DNA of 64,000 nt from Azolla caroliniana (Eukaryota; Plantae; Polypodiophyta), in contig JBHGNT010000012.1 in the NCBI GenBank assembly GCA_043228905.1, positions 19,344,001 through 19,408,000 of the forward strand. Direction: 5' to 3'. Shown here in pieces: positions 51,801-62,100 of this stretch. Both the position numbers and the translations under genes were made by a program. The notes under the pieces are model-generated. The model worked only from the letters and a program-made list of their open reading frames with translations, did not search any database and was not told where the DNA came from. Within the stretch, counting starts at the first letter, position 1. Every line of letters starts with the position of its first letter.

Positions 51801-52190
51801 ATAAAAGTTAGAATCTTGATGAGGAATGTAACATCCAACAACAAAAGTGGGCAAATCATTAGGTGTTTCTATTTTGAGCCATATGTAGCATTTATTTTCA
51901 TCATTTTTTATGATTGACACATATTTCTCTATTTCCTTCTTAATCAAACATGCCACCCCTCCTTGTCCTCTTCTTTGTCTTGGATTTTTCTTCCATATCA
52001 AAGAGTGTACATTATAGTTTCCTAAACCTTGAATCCTTTGAGTATCATGCTCCCATGTTTCAACAAGAAGTGTGATATCCGAGTCATTGGTGAAATCCTC
52101 TATGCCAAATCCCGCATTCCATGGGTATCCATTGCAATTCCAAAAGCATAGTCGTAAAAGGCGTGGGTTAGTCTCATAGATCACGTGTCC
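48810..52190 (-). CDS. LINE ORF2: APE endonuclease, reverse transcriptase, C-terminal CCHC
   Basis: WNCNG, VETW, IDYVL and SDH (APE); GVKQGCPLSPTLF, LLYADD and FKYLG (RT); ETGRW..RLCTLC..ESEYHTLIQC. ~1126 codons without a stop; no ATG before codon ~159. Confidence 0.93.
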   Translation of the reverse strand, partial: GHVIYETNPRLLRLCFWNCNGYPWNAGFGIEDFTNDSDITLLVETWEHDTQRIQGLGNYNVHSLIWKKNPRQRRGQGGVACLIKKEIEKYVSIIKNDENKCYIWLKIETPNDLPTFVVGCYIPHQDSNFYACLDKDQPFANLEDDIAYFKSKGEVIVFGNMNARTRSFQLDSQESFMPYISRVQEDMQMYNRSSSDEKDPDQFGKLLLQMCNSTGLLIANGISLWPNTNGFTCRKYNGNSVIDYVLLSEGILDRIHKFSLGEWTLESDHRPLCIDLKCMHRFDCEKAIEDNKQPHLSMNLKRAPMYSKMVEDMLQMTKIQHGATLECKWEAFKKVILSCTNKCFSTNRTSWKCTKKLRKKWFDKECREARKCLMVLDVVKDKENYQKHLHEYKRLIQRKRRIWEVTQQFNQTQEKAHACAKFWGNLKGKRVESYGDLTLHDLSMHCKNLYELSLAGKMMCYGSLSHMPSFFTIEDICIGLKKLASRKASDLQCIKAEMLKWTGKEAHIWISDMFNDALQHGMPYDWTTNWIKPLHKGGDINNVNNYRTIMVGSLMAKLFRCIMESKISVWAEKSGKRAYGQAGFRKHHSTIDHLITLRVLMEESRLRGKGLYCCFVDFKKAFDMVPREHLWRRMEELEVPSEYMLAISRIYEKVICCVRMRDKLSDFFKSTIGVKQGCPLSPTLFGLCIDELEEMVTKFAKEECVEEVAIGNVVIMLLLYADDVVLFANTLGDAQKLMKALEKFCMHTKLSVNSSKTKIMLVKSQKRDKPCIMYNNEPLECVESFKYLGLEVPSNHRWNECATRRLEAGKRAYYAFENTCKLGDIKCWVLKKYLFDTLVTPVLLYGVEVWGGSIPKSMWKEFENVQKHFLTKFLQVKKQTPYTLLLLETGSLPIEIMAMERVVEYMLKVQKSPSHRLPRIAWEASKKIQKTHKSKILCSGWMQDIEKWFGRWDARHLLHDASLDSSVNEAFLQHQCIMTWDKCGGSRFTHYTTHVAPNYKTIFFAERGNRTHPYMLEPILLSAIRTIASMRLSSHALRCETGRWGTSDESGRLCTLCPKQVRESEYHTLIQCSAFDHIRPCFPHLFDRAQSLHEFLSQPQCALSIATFIGKVLEHRESLLTFTRIT

Positions 52191-53060
52191 CTATTTGCCT
52201 ACATTTCCATCTTTAGGCACATCCTTAACCTTGTTTTTCAATCTTTCTTCATATGCTTTACGACGAGCGTTTTGTTGTGAGATAGTACGATCTTCACTCA
52301 CAAAGCATTGTGTACCTTTGAGGTATACCCAACTATTTTCGAGTATGATCCGCCGCTTTGTATCATCTGTCATTGTGCATACAATAGGCCTTTCTCCGGA
52401 GCGAGTAACACCATGTTTCCCAACTCGGTGTGCCCCATATACATTCACATCTGACATCCCATAATGCATGCTAAAAAATTCACCAATGGCCTTTCCAAGG
52501 GATGCAGGTGTTTCCATACTCTCTTCTTTAATCCCACGGACGACAATGTTCTTTGATCGTCGTTCGCGTTCTTTCAATTCTCGGACATCTATGCTTTCTA
52601 TATTCTTCTCTTGATGCATCACATGCATATTAGATGAGTTTGATAACACATCCCCACCACATACATCGGCCCATGACTTCGTTGTACATACATTTTTCAT
52701 CTCACTTACATCCCGCCTCATTGTATCCAATTTTTCTTCTTTTAATGCTTCCTTTAACTCAATCTTGTTAAGGCGCTCATTTGTTTCAAATGAAGCTCTT
52801 TTACATTCTTGAATCTCTTCTTGAAGTTTTGCAACCACTTGTTTAAGACTTTCATTCTCAATGACAACACTTTGGAGCTTAGTATTCTCTTTCATTAACA
52901 TCCTAATCTCTTCACCTTGCTTGTTTATGGTTTCTTGAAGAGAAATCAAGTGACTCATAAGCATTTTGTCCATTGCATTAGAATCGAGATTTGTTGGTGA
53001 TCTCGGCTCATTATCAATCATACCCCCAAACTTTGCGGCGGTTTTACGAGTATTTGCCAT
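52191..53060 (-). CDS. LINE ORF1 (coiled coil + RRM-like domain), 289 aa
   Basis: N-terminal heptads followed by 'ERRSKNIVVRGIKEE...AHRVGK...RPIVC...LKGTQCFVSEDRT', the pattern of L1/L2/CR1-type ORF1 proteins. Confidence 0.88.
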   Translation of the reverse strand: MANTRKTAAKFGGMIDNEPRSPTNLDSNAMDKMLMSHLISLQETINKQGEEIRMLMKENTKLQSVVIENESLKQVVAKLQEEIQECKRASFETNERLNKIELKEALKEEKLDTMRRDVSEMKNVCTTKSWADVCGGDVLSNSSNMHVMHQEKNIESIDVRELKERERRSKNIVVRGIKEESMETPASLGKAIGEFFSMHYGMSDVNVYGAHRVGKHGVTRSGERPIVCTMTDDTKRRIILENSWVYLKGTQCFVSEDRTISQQNARRKAYEERLKNKVKDVPKDGNVGK

Positions 53061-53313
53061 TGTAGGGACAAACCATACGGGAAAAGAGAGACAAAGAGGG
53101 AAGGAGAGAGAATGTACCTTTCACTTGATTTAGGGCTTCAAAATCTACCTTCCGTTTGAGGAACCGTGGGGCAAAGATGGCTGCGGATGAAAATGCTCAT
53201 AACTTCTCGCCACGGTAACGGAATTCAGTAAATGAACATTCTTTAGAAAGCTCTCTCAAAGAGCTTTCAACGAGCTATAGAACGATGGCCGGAGTGAACT
53301 TACAGAGAGCTTT

Positions 53314-53361
<48 letters not shown>

Positions 53362-54953
53362 CATAGATAAAAGATAGAGACAATGTATGATTCAAGAAAG
53401 AAGATTGAGACAAAGTATGATTCTAGAAACAAGAGTATATGATATAAACATGATGTATATTTAAAAATATAATATTTTACCAACTTTATAATCCTTGATC
53501 ATAAGATGAATCTTTTCAATACCGACCCTTGATTTGCACCCACGACCTCAACTTTGAAACGAGAGGTTCTTCACCCAATGAGCTAGTCTTCTTTACTTGA
53601 TTGTTTTCTCCCTCTCTCTTCCTTGATTGATTACCCTATTTTCCCCTTGATTCATCCCTTAATTCCTAGCCTCTCTTTATAGGTTCTCTCATGCATATGA
53701 TGATATGGGGGTGCATGTGATGCATGTGATGCATGATCGCCATTTGGCGCACATGCTTTACATGTGATGCATGATAGTCATCATGCTCATCTAAGCTCTA
53801 ATGTATGAAGATACACATGTCATAAGTATGGTGATAAAAACATAACTATAGAAAATAACTTATCCTAATGGTATATGCTTCATCCTTGGTGTGTGAGGTT
53901 ACAGGTTCAAGTCTCTCAAATATTACTTAATACAATATTGAAGTTTATTTTTATATCGTGAAGCAAATTCTTCATGACACCGTGCTTCCACAAACACACA
54001 CACACACACAGATACACAGAAACTGCAACCGAATGAACAACGGAAACGAGACGAATGCGTATATGTATATATATATTCTGATGAAAAAGGGGTTACAATC
54101 GACAGACCGGTGAGCGACAAATCTCCTACGCCTATACACACGGACATAGAAGAGTGAGATGGAGACTCTGCCGGAAGCACTCAGGCATTCCGCGGAGCAG
54201 AGTCAGCCTCCCAAAAACCTGCACAGAGCAAATACAGAGAAAGACGGAGGAGAAGAGCTCGGTCCAGTCCGACAACACTTCATCCTCGACAAAAGCGCTC
54301 CCTTTTACGATTCCTCTCCCTCTCTTTTATAGCCCAAGGAGGGAGGCCGTTACAACTTGTTACATCATCTTTATTCTCTGTCCTTTCGAACAGAGATATG
54401 CCTCGATTTCCTACCTATCAAATCTATGCAACCTAGGATATTCACATCAGCCGACTTGTACCTAAATATGTACATTACAACAAAACTTGCGCCTGCGTGT
54501 AAGGGCCGGTTCGCGCACATCATTCTCCGATTCCGCCTAGGGACGGTTTCCTCCACGACACTGTGATATTGTCTACTCCACACTCGGTCTTTCTCGAAAA
54601 CTATGAGAGCAAAACACTACACAAGAATGGTGGTATCATCTTACAAACTCGGTTACAAGTTGGTTATATACTAACCAAACTAGGGCAACTACCCTTTATG
54701 CTAATTACAAATAAAGCCTAATCTAGTTTGTCCATTATATTATCCTATTTGACATTGGAAAGAGATCAAACTTTCCTGAACATAAGATGGAGAGGCCAAT
54801 GAGCATCTCAATGACCAGATCCATGACTAGAGGCTCAAGAAAAATATTGGAGGGTTGAGAAAACACTCAAAGTTAGAAAAGTAAGAGGACACAATTCAAC
54901 ATAGAGTTAAGCAAGAAGGCAAGTTTTGAACTCCAGACCTCTATATAGTCAAG

Positions 54954-55518
54954 TGTTGTGTTCTAACCAACACATCCAAATATATGGTCATATTATGTAT
55001 ATCTTACTAGATTATTAGTAGATTATCTATTTCAAGTTCCAGGAGTTTTTAGAAATTTCTAGAACCGGAAGGTTCTAGAGGGTTCTACAATATTTTCCCG
55101 AATATTCTCCAAAATATTCTAATGCATGTACTTCGACTCACAATATAAATACTTGTAACCTCCTTGGTCCTTTTCAAGGGATTCAACACCAGTCACTGGC
55201 ACATCAATCTAGTATTCTTGTTTAGCCCCACTTCTCTCCTTGATTTACATCGCTATCTTTATGCTCTTGTATTGTTCCTAGCGTCTTAAGTTCCTCATTT
55301 CGTTGCTCCCAACTTCCCAAGTTTCTAGCCTCATCACGTTGAGTTCCACGTTTGTAACCTTATCGGTCGTAGCCTCGTCATTCATGCTTGTTAATAATTA
55401 GGTGATTAACTACGGGTTAATTAGTACCTAATTATGTTGATAAGCGGAAGATTAAGTGATATGTGTGTATGTGTGTGAGAGGAAGTGAGAGAGAGGAACT
55501 TAACACTTATGAACAACA
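54954..55518 (+). mobile_element. Solo LTR (565 bp) with 4-bp TSD
   Basis: Termini TGTTGT...ACAACA; TSD CAAG at 54950-54953 and 55519-55522; TATAAATA at 55144. Confidence 0.8.
55051..55120 (+). promoter_or_regulatory. Heat-shock element cluster upstream of the solo-LTR TATA box
   Basis: aGAAa-tTTCt-aGAAc (three perfect nGAAn units), then gGAAg-gTTCt-aGAgg-gTTCt and cGAAt-aTTCt. Confidence 0.65.
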
Positions 55519-55560
55519 CAAGATGGGGGATGATTAACTCTATATTAAATTAGCATCAAC

Positions 55561-57628
55561 TGTTGGGTATGTGAGGAAGAGTGAGAAACACACAAGAGGC
55601 ACACACAAGAAGCTCAAACAAAGAAGCACTCACACAAGGCATTCAATGGCTGGAATAGCTCTCTCTATTGATGAATGATACAAAAACCAATAGGAGCTGA
55701 AATATATATCCCTAAGTACTAAGTACCACCACATATGAGTGACTCATGTATGTGGTAACATGGGGAAAAAACCTCTAGCTAGCACTAGAGTAAAAAGTGC
55801 CCATGTATAGGGAAAAATAGTTCACATCAAAGCTACTCGAGGAACACGTAAGTGTAACAAACCCCCCTGGAGCGAATGGTGTGAACATGTACAAGGAATG
55901 ACAAATCAGCCCCCACAAGGCAATAAGCCTAAAGCTTTGCAAAAAGCTTCAAACTTTTGTTGTGGAAGAGCTTCGGTGGATATGTTTGCCACATTATCTT
56001 GTGTAGGCACATATACCAAATCAATATCTCCTGCATGAAGGCGTTCTTTCACATAGTGATAATGCACCTCAATATGTTTGGTCCGTGCATGAAATACGGG
56101 ATTCCGTGCAACAGCCAATGCACTCTAATTATCTGTGAGAATACGTGTAGCAACATCAATCTCCATGCAAAGATCCATCAAAAGGCGTCAAGTAGCCATA
56201 TACACTGCACTGCAGCTGTGAAAATTGCCCTGTACTCAGGTTCACAACTTGATGTCGCCACTGTAGGTTGCTTTTTACTCAACCAAGATATACATGAGTT
56301 TCCAAGGAAAAAGAAATTACCACTAGTGGACACGCGAGTATCGTAACAACCAACCCAATCACTATCTGTAAAAGCATGCAAGCATGGTTGAGTATCTCTA
56401 CCATAAAAGAGACCCAAGCTCAAAGTGCCTCTAAGATATCTAAGCACATGTTTCACTGCTTGCCAATGCTTAGTGCTAGGGCTATCCATGAATCGACTCA
56501 ACTGAGAGACTGCATACTGTATATCCGGCCTTGTATTGCATGCATATATAAGACATCCCACAACTTATTGATAAAGAGAAGTATCAAATGCATCACTAGA
56601 ATCCTCAACAGAGAACCAAAATCTTGTCTCCACAGGTGTAGAAACTGGCTTGCAATCCTCAAAGTCAAAACGTTGAAGTAGTTTTTCAACATACTTTCCT
56701 TGATGCATAACCATTCCCCCCTCAACGGATACAAACCGGATGCCAAGATAGTAGCTCAAAAGACCAAGATAAGTGACTTCAAAAGTATGCTGCAAATCAG
56801 CCATAAGAAAATCAAGTTTTGCTTCACATGACCCAGTCAAGAGTATGTCATCAACATAAAGAACGAGCACTAGAAGATCAGGCCCATCTTTGCGTACATA
56901 AAGTGTGCTTTCAATCGGACTACATGTGAAGCCAAGAGCAATCAAGTGCTTATGGATTTTTTCATACCATGCACGTGGAGCTTGCATGAGACCATACAAG
57001 GCCTTATGCAAGTGACAAACCATATGCTCTTTCTCTTTCGTAGCAAATCCAAGAGGTTGCTTCACATAAACCTCTTCTTGCAAATCACCATTTAAGAAAG
57101 TAGTTTTTATGTCCAATTGATGCATTTTCCGACCTCTTTGGGCAGCCAATGCGACCACGGTACGAATGGTAGTCATGCGTGAAGTAGGTGCAAAAGTTTC
57201 CTCATAATCAATGCCATATTGTTGTGCATATCCTTTGGCAACCAATCTAGCTTTGTAGCGATCAATACTACCATCGGACTTTAGTTTAATCTTGTAAACC
57301 AACTTAGTACCAATCACATTCTTTCCTTTTGGCAATTCACATAACTCCCAAGTACCATTCTTATGAATGGAATCCATTTCTGATTGCATAGCACTCATCC
57401 AATGAGGATCATCACATGCATCTTCAAAAGTAAGTGGCTCCTCATTACATGTTATTGCAACAATAGAATAATCCACAAAATTACTTGATGCATGGCGAGA
57501 GCTTGATCTTGTTTTACCAAGTAAAGGTGCACTCAATTTGCTATCTCACAAAGTTTGTTTCAGCCACCTTGTCATAGTTTGTGACCTCTCAATAGCCATA
57601 CGTTCATTATGTAATACATCTTCAATAT
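55561..57628 (-). mobile_element. Copia 'E' 3' portion (RT, RH, PPT, 299-bp 3' LTR 55561-55859), interrupted by D
   Basis: [19 protein letters not shown] and ARTKHIEVHYHY motifs; PPT CCAGGGGGG at 55870-55862; LTR TGTT..AACA. Confidence 0.88.
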
Positions 57629-58384
57629 TGTTGAGAGACAAGCTCAACATCGGCCGAATCGTCTGAGCAAGCCGAGGACCGGATCGGTTGGGATTGATCG
57701 GTTAGGCTGGACCAGTGCGTAACGAGAGGCCGTATCGGTGTGTAAACCGAAAGGCCATTAGAGAGATATTCCTCGTAAGGAATAATTTTGGGAGTAAGTG
57801 TCGAGGTTCATTTATGAGCAGTCAAGTACTGTCAGTACTTGTGTTAGCCCATTGTCAGGGCTTGTATAAAAGGTGCTCACTGAGCACGGTGTATGTACAT
57901 AGAGTTTTTTCTTTTTGAATTGAAGTTCTTGTGTCTACTCTCTCTCTCTGTCTCTCCCGTGCGTACTGTGCAAACCTAAGCTTTCCATTAAACCTGTGTT
58001 TTCTGTTGTTCGGTTTCATATATTGCTTCCGCATGCCATTCTTTTCATGGTATCAGAGCACGAGGGTTGAGAACCTCTGCAGCCGACATAGCTTGAAAGA
58101 ATAACCAACCAAGAAGAACAGGCAAAATCGATGGACAGAGGAATGGCTAGCTCGCTTCCGACGGAGAAGCTCGACGGAACCAACTACGCATCTTGGTCCT
58201 ACAAGATGCACCAGTACTTGCTTGGGCACGATTACTGGAGCTATGTAGAAGGAACGAATGACGCAGCACCTGAATCGACACACAAAGACTTCCCAGCGTG
58301 GGAATAATCGGCGAGCATAGTGTTGTACTATTTCGCATCTTGTGTGGGCGAACAACTATTAAGCTACGTTCGGGATGCAAAAAC
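57629..58384 (+). mobile_element. Copia 'D' (A-family): 5' LTR 57629-58047, PBS, gag start; interrupted by C
   Basis: LTR starts TGTTGAGAGACAAGCTCAACA like A; PBS TGGTATCAGAGC at 58048; gag MDRGMASSLPTEKLD.TNYASW from 58131 with a premature TAA. Confidence 0.92.
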
Positions 58385-58654
58385 TGTTGGGAATCGATGC
58401 TCCGATTAACCTTCACCACTCGGCCACAACCGAGTAGTCGCGAATCAATGCAGCAGAAAATAGGAAACACAGAGAAATACACGATACACAGGGATTAACG
58501 TGGAAAACCCTATACGGGAAAAACCACGGGAGTGCAAGACTCCAAACCAAAACTATGCACAGAGAAATATACAATGGCGAGCTGCAGGGCAACGACCTTG
58601 AGCTCGCTGTCCTCGCCACAGGAGGCGGTAATACACAGAGGCGTCGACCTCTTC

Positions 58655-58691
<37 letters not shown>

Positions 58692-58846
58692 CTGCTCTCA
58701 CTTCGCTCTCTCGGCTGAAAACATAAAAATGAGCAACAACAGTAAACTGTTTGCCCTAAGTCATATTTATACACATATGACTTTCGGGCTATTTACAAAT
58801 ATAGCCTCAAGGGCCCTTGGCAAACATATTCACAAATATGTCCCCG

Positions 58847-59120
58847 CATCCGGATCTCTCTCCGGGTACATTCATCATCCAGCTCCGTAACCGGGTCTTC
58901 GTCATCCGGCTCCGTAGCCGGGGTCTTCGTCATCCGGGTCCGTAGCCGGGGTCTTCTCTTCGTCATCCGGCTCCGTAGCCGGGGTCTTCATCATCCGGCT
59001 CCGTAACCGGGTCTTCGTCATCCGGCTCCGTAGCCGGGGTCTACAGCATCCGGCTCCGTAACCGGGTACTCTTCATCCGGCTTCATGCCGGGTACTCTTC
59101 ATCCTACGGTTCCGTAACAG
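58847..59120. repeat. Tandem array of ~27-28-bp palindromic units in the C LTR (repeated at 63741-64000)
   Basis: About 9-10 units of TCTTCGTCATCCGGCTCCGTAGCCGGGG; each contains CCGGCT-N4-AGCCGG or a variant. Confidence 0.9.
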
Positions 59121-59191
59121 CCTCGGGGCTTGCCGTCATTCATCTCCGGACATCCCATCCGGAGAGACCGAAATCCCAACAAACTCCCCCT

Positions 59192-62100
59192 TCACTTCGG
59201 CATGGGATGTCTCTCCAACCCGATCCTCTTCCGGCATGCTTCCAGCTTGTCGGGTGTGAGCACCTTGGTCAGCATATCCGACCCGTTCTCGTCCGTGTGG
59301 ATCTTCGTCAGCACGAACTCCTCGTCTTCTATCCTCTCCCGGATCCAGTGGTATCTTCGCTGGATGTGTTTCGTCCGGGAATGGTAGGCCGCGTTCTTCG
59401 CAAGGTGGATGGCACTCTGACTATCGCAATAGAGTCGGTACTCCTCCTGCCGGATACCGAGCTCTCTAATGAAGTCCTTCATCCATATTATTTCCTTGCC
59501 GGCTTCAACAGCCGCCATGTACTCCGCCTCCGTGGTTGACAGCGCAACCGTCTTCTGCAGCCTCGACTGCCATGAAACAGCTCCCCCTGCATACGTCATC
59601 ACATACCCTGATGTGGACCGGCTGGTATCTGCATCAGCTGACATATCCGAATCGGTGAAGCCGTCGAGTTCGGGCTTACCGGAGCCGAATCGGAGGCACA
59701 CGTTTGCCGTGCCCTTCAGGTATCGGAGTATCCACTTGGCCGCGTTCCAATGCTCTTTACCGGGATTGCTCATATACCGGCTCACCACTCCGACTGCGTA
59801 TCCAATGTCTGGTCTTGTACACACCATTGCGTACATCAAGCTTCCGACGGCAGAGGCATATGGCACTTTCATCATGTCCTCCTTCTCAGCCTTTGTCTTG
59901 GGGCTTTGCTTGCTGGACAACTTGCAGTTTGCCGGGAGGGTTGACCCGACCGGTCTTGCTTCCGACATGTTGAACCGGTGAAGCACCTTTGTCACGTACT
60001 TCTCCTGTGACAGCCACAACTGCTTCTTCTTCCGGTCCCGGATGATGTGCATCCCCAGTATTTGCCTTGCCGGACCCAGGTCCTTCATTGAGAAGGTTCG
60101 GTGAAGAGCTTTCTTCAGCATCCGTATCTTGCCCTGGTCCCGTCCGACGATCAACATGTCGTCCACGTACAGGAGGAGTATTAGAGAGTCTCCTCCTTCG
60201 AACTTCTTCACAAACACGCAGTGATCAGACTGCGTTTTGTGGTACCCTTCGTCGGTCATGAAGGAGTCGAACTTGCGGTACCATTGCCGGGGAGCCTGCT
60301 TCAGTCCGTAAAGGCTCTTCTTCAACCGGCATACCAGGTGCTCCTTCCCTTTCTTCTCGAATCCTTCCGGTTGCTGCATGTAGATCTCTTCTTCGAGGTC
60401 ACCGTGAAGGAATGCCGTCTTCACGTCCATCTGTTCTACCTCGAGGTCCATGCTTGCCGCTATGCTCAGCACCGTCCGGATGGAGGTCATCTTCACTACC
60501 GGGGCAAATATCTCGTCGAAGTCGACGCCCTTCTTCTGCTGAAACCCCTTCACCACGATCCTGGCTTTGTATCTCGGGGGGTTTCCGGCATCTCCCGGTT
60601 TCAGCTTGAACACCCACTTGTTTCGAAGTGCCCGCTTTCCTTTCGGCAACTCCACAAGTTCATATGTGTGGTTCTCATGCAGGGAATCCATCTCCTCCTG
60701 CATGGCACTTAACCACCTGCGGCTATGGGTGTCAAGTTTTGCTTCTTCAAAGCTCTCCGGCTCCCCCTCGTCGGTTAGCAGCACGTGCTCTGGTTCCGGA
60801 AATCTCCGGGGGGCCCTTCTCTCTCTTAGAGGGTATCTCCGTTCCGGAGCTTCGGTAACCGGCTGCTCCGTTTCCTCTTCATCCGAATCCATTTCGGGAT
60901 CGGGGCCGGTTCCGGTATCAGTTTCATCTTCCTCGGCCGGTTCTGTTTCTTCACCGTCTTCGAGTGCTAACCGGTCCCTTGCCGGTCGGGACTGCTCCTC
61001 GTAGAGTTTATCCTCACCGGTCGACTTGGAGCTCTTCATCTTCTTCTCCGACTCCCAGTCGGCGAGTGTCTTGTCCTCCATGAAGATGATATCTCGACTC
61101 CTGAATATCTTCTTGTCGACCGGGTCCCATACTCGGTAGCCGAACTCGTCGTCGCCGTAACCGAGGAATATGCATGGCCGGGTCTTTGGATCTAACTTTC
61201 CTCTCCGGTCCTTTGCCACATGCACGTATGCAAGACACCCGAACACCTTCAGATGCCGGTAGGACACTTCCTTACCGGTCCACACTTTCTGCGGCGTGTC
61301 TCCGTCCAAAGGTACTGAGGGTGATCTATTTATCACATACGTCGTCGTTGACATTGCCTCAGCCCAAAATCCCTTGGGTAATTTCGCATGCGCCAGCATA
61401 CTCCGGACCCTCTCCATTATGGTCCGGTTCATCCTCTCGGCCAGCCCATTCAGTTCCGGCGTCTTCGGCACAGTAAACTCGAGCCGGATTCCCTTCGAGC
61501 GACAGTACTCCTGGAACTGCCCCCGGTATTCCCCTCCGTTATCCGCTCGTATCGCTTTCAGCTTCTTGCCGGATTCCCTTTCCACTCTCGCGTGAAGTTC
61601 TTTGAAGACGCACAACACTTGGTCCTTTGTCTTCAACGGTGCCGTCCACAGCTTCCGGCTGTGGTCATCAATAAATGTCACGAAGTACTGGGCTCCGCCA
61701 TGTGACTTCGTTTCTACTTGACACACGTCAGTGTGCACCAGCTCCAATGGTGCACTACGTCTCGTCGGTGGCCTTGAGTGGAAGGAGGTCCGTTTTTGCT
61801 TACCGGCCAGGCAGTCGGTGCACTTCTCCAGGTGCACATGCTTCACTGGAATGAGGTTGTCTTCTGCAAGCCTCTTCATCCCCTTCTCACTCATGTGGCA
61901 CAGTCTCTTGTGCCACAGCTCACCGGCAGTGTCGGCTGCCACGTTCAGCTCCTCCGGACATAGCCGGGAATTCATCAGGTACAGTGTGTTTACCTACCGG
62001 GCCCGAGCCACTATCAGGCTCCCTTTGCTGAACTTCATGACACCGTTCCGGATGCTACCCGTGTAGCCTTCATCGTCTAGCCTCCCGGCCGAAATCAGGT

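Larger units (their letters stand above)
48731..53316 (-). mobile_element. Near-intact non-LTR retrotransposon (RTE/RTEX-like LINE) with (ATCT)n 3' tail, inserted in a GT/GA microsatellite
   Basis: Two open ORFs; tail seen as (AGAT)n at 48731-48754 on +; flanked by (GT)nGAG on the left and (GA)n on the right. 5' end approximate. Confidence 0.88.
48578..53979 (-). mobile_element. Solo LTR (~0.8 kb: 48578-~48730 + ~53316-53979) inserted in the G3 LTR and itself split by the LINE
   Basis: TGTC...GACA termini; 4-bp TSD TCGT/CCGT; G-type LTR sequence resumes exactly after it; minus-strand CCTATAAAG near 53680. Confidence 0.75.
48116..54560 (-). mobile_element. Gypsy 'G3': gag start, PBS and split 5' LTR (48475-48577 + 53980-54560); probably the 5' end of G1
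   Basis: gag MRGTELAKAM... at 48429; PBS TGGTGAACCTGACGTGAA at 48470-48453; both LTR halves align with the G1 LTR. TSD with G1 is not clean (CCGG vs CTGT). Confidence 0.8.

Noticed and set aside
38482-54560. Firm call that G1 and G3 form one TSD-bounded full-length element
   Set aside because: LTR subtype and orientation fit, but the flanks CCGG and CTGT differ at two of four positions, so it is left as probable only.
58847-59120. CRISPR-like appearance of ~28-bp palindromic repeats
   Set aside because: Units are contiguous with no unique spacers, lie inside both LTRs of a eukaryotic retrotransposon, and no cas genes are present.
61994-61996. Single in-frame TAG in Copia C as programmed readthrough
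   Set aside because: Paralog B has Lys here, the site is downstream of protease rather than at a gag/pol boundary, and the context is not CARYYA. A point mutation or sequencing error is more likely.
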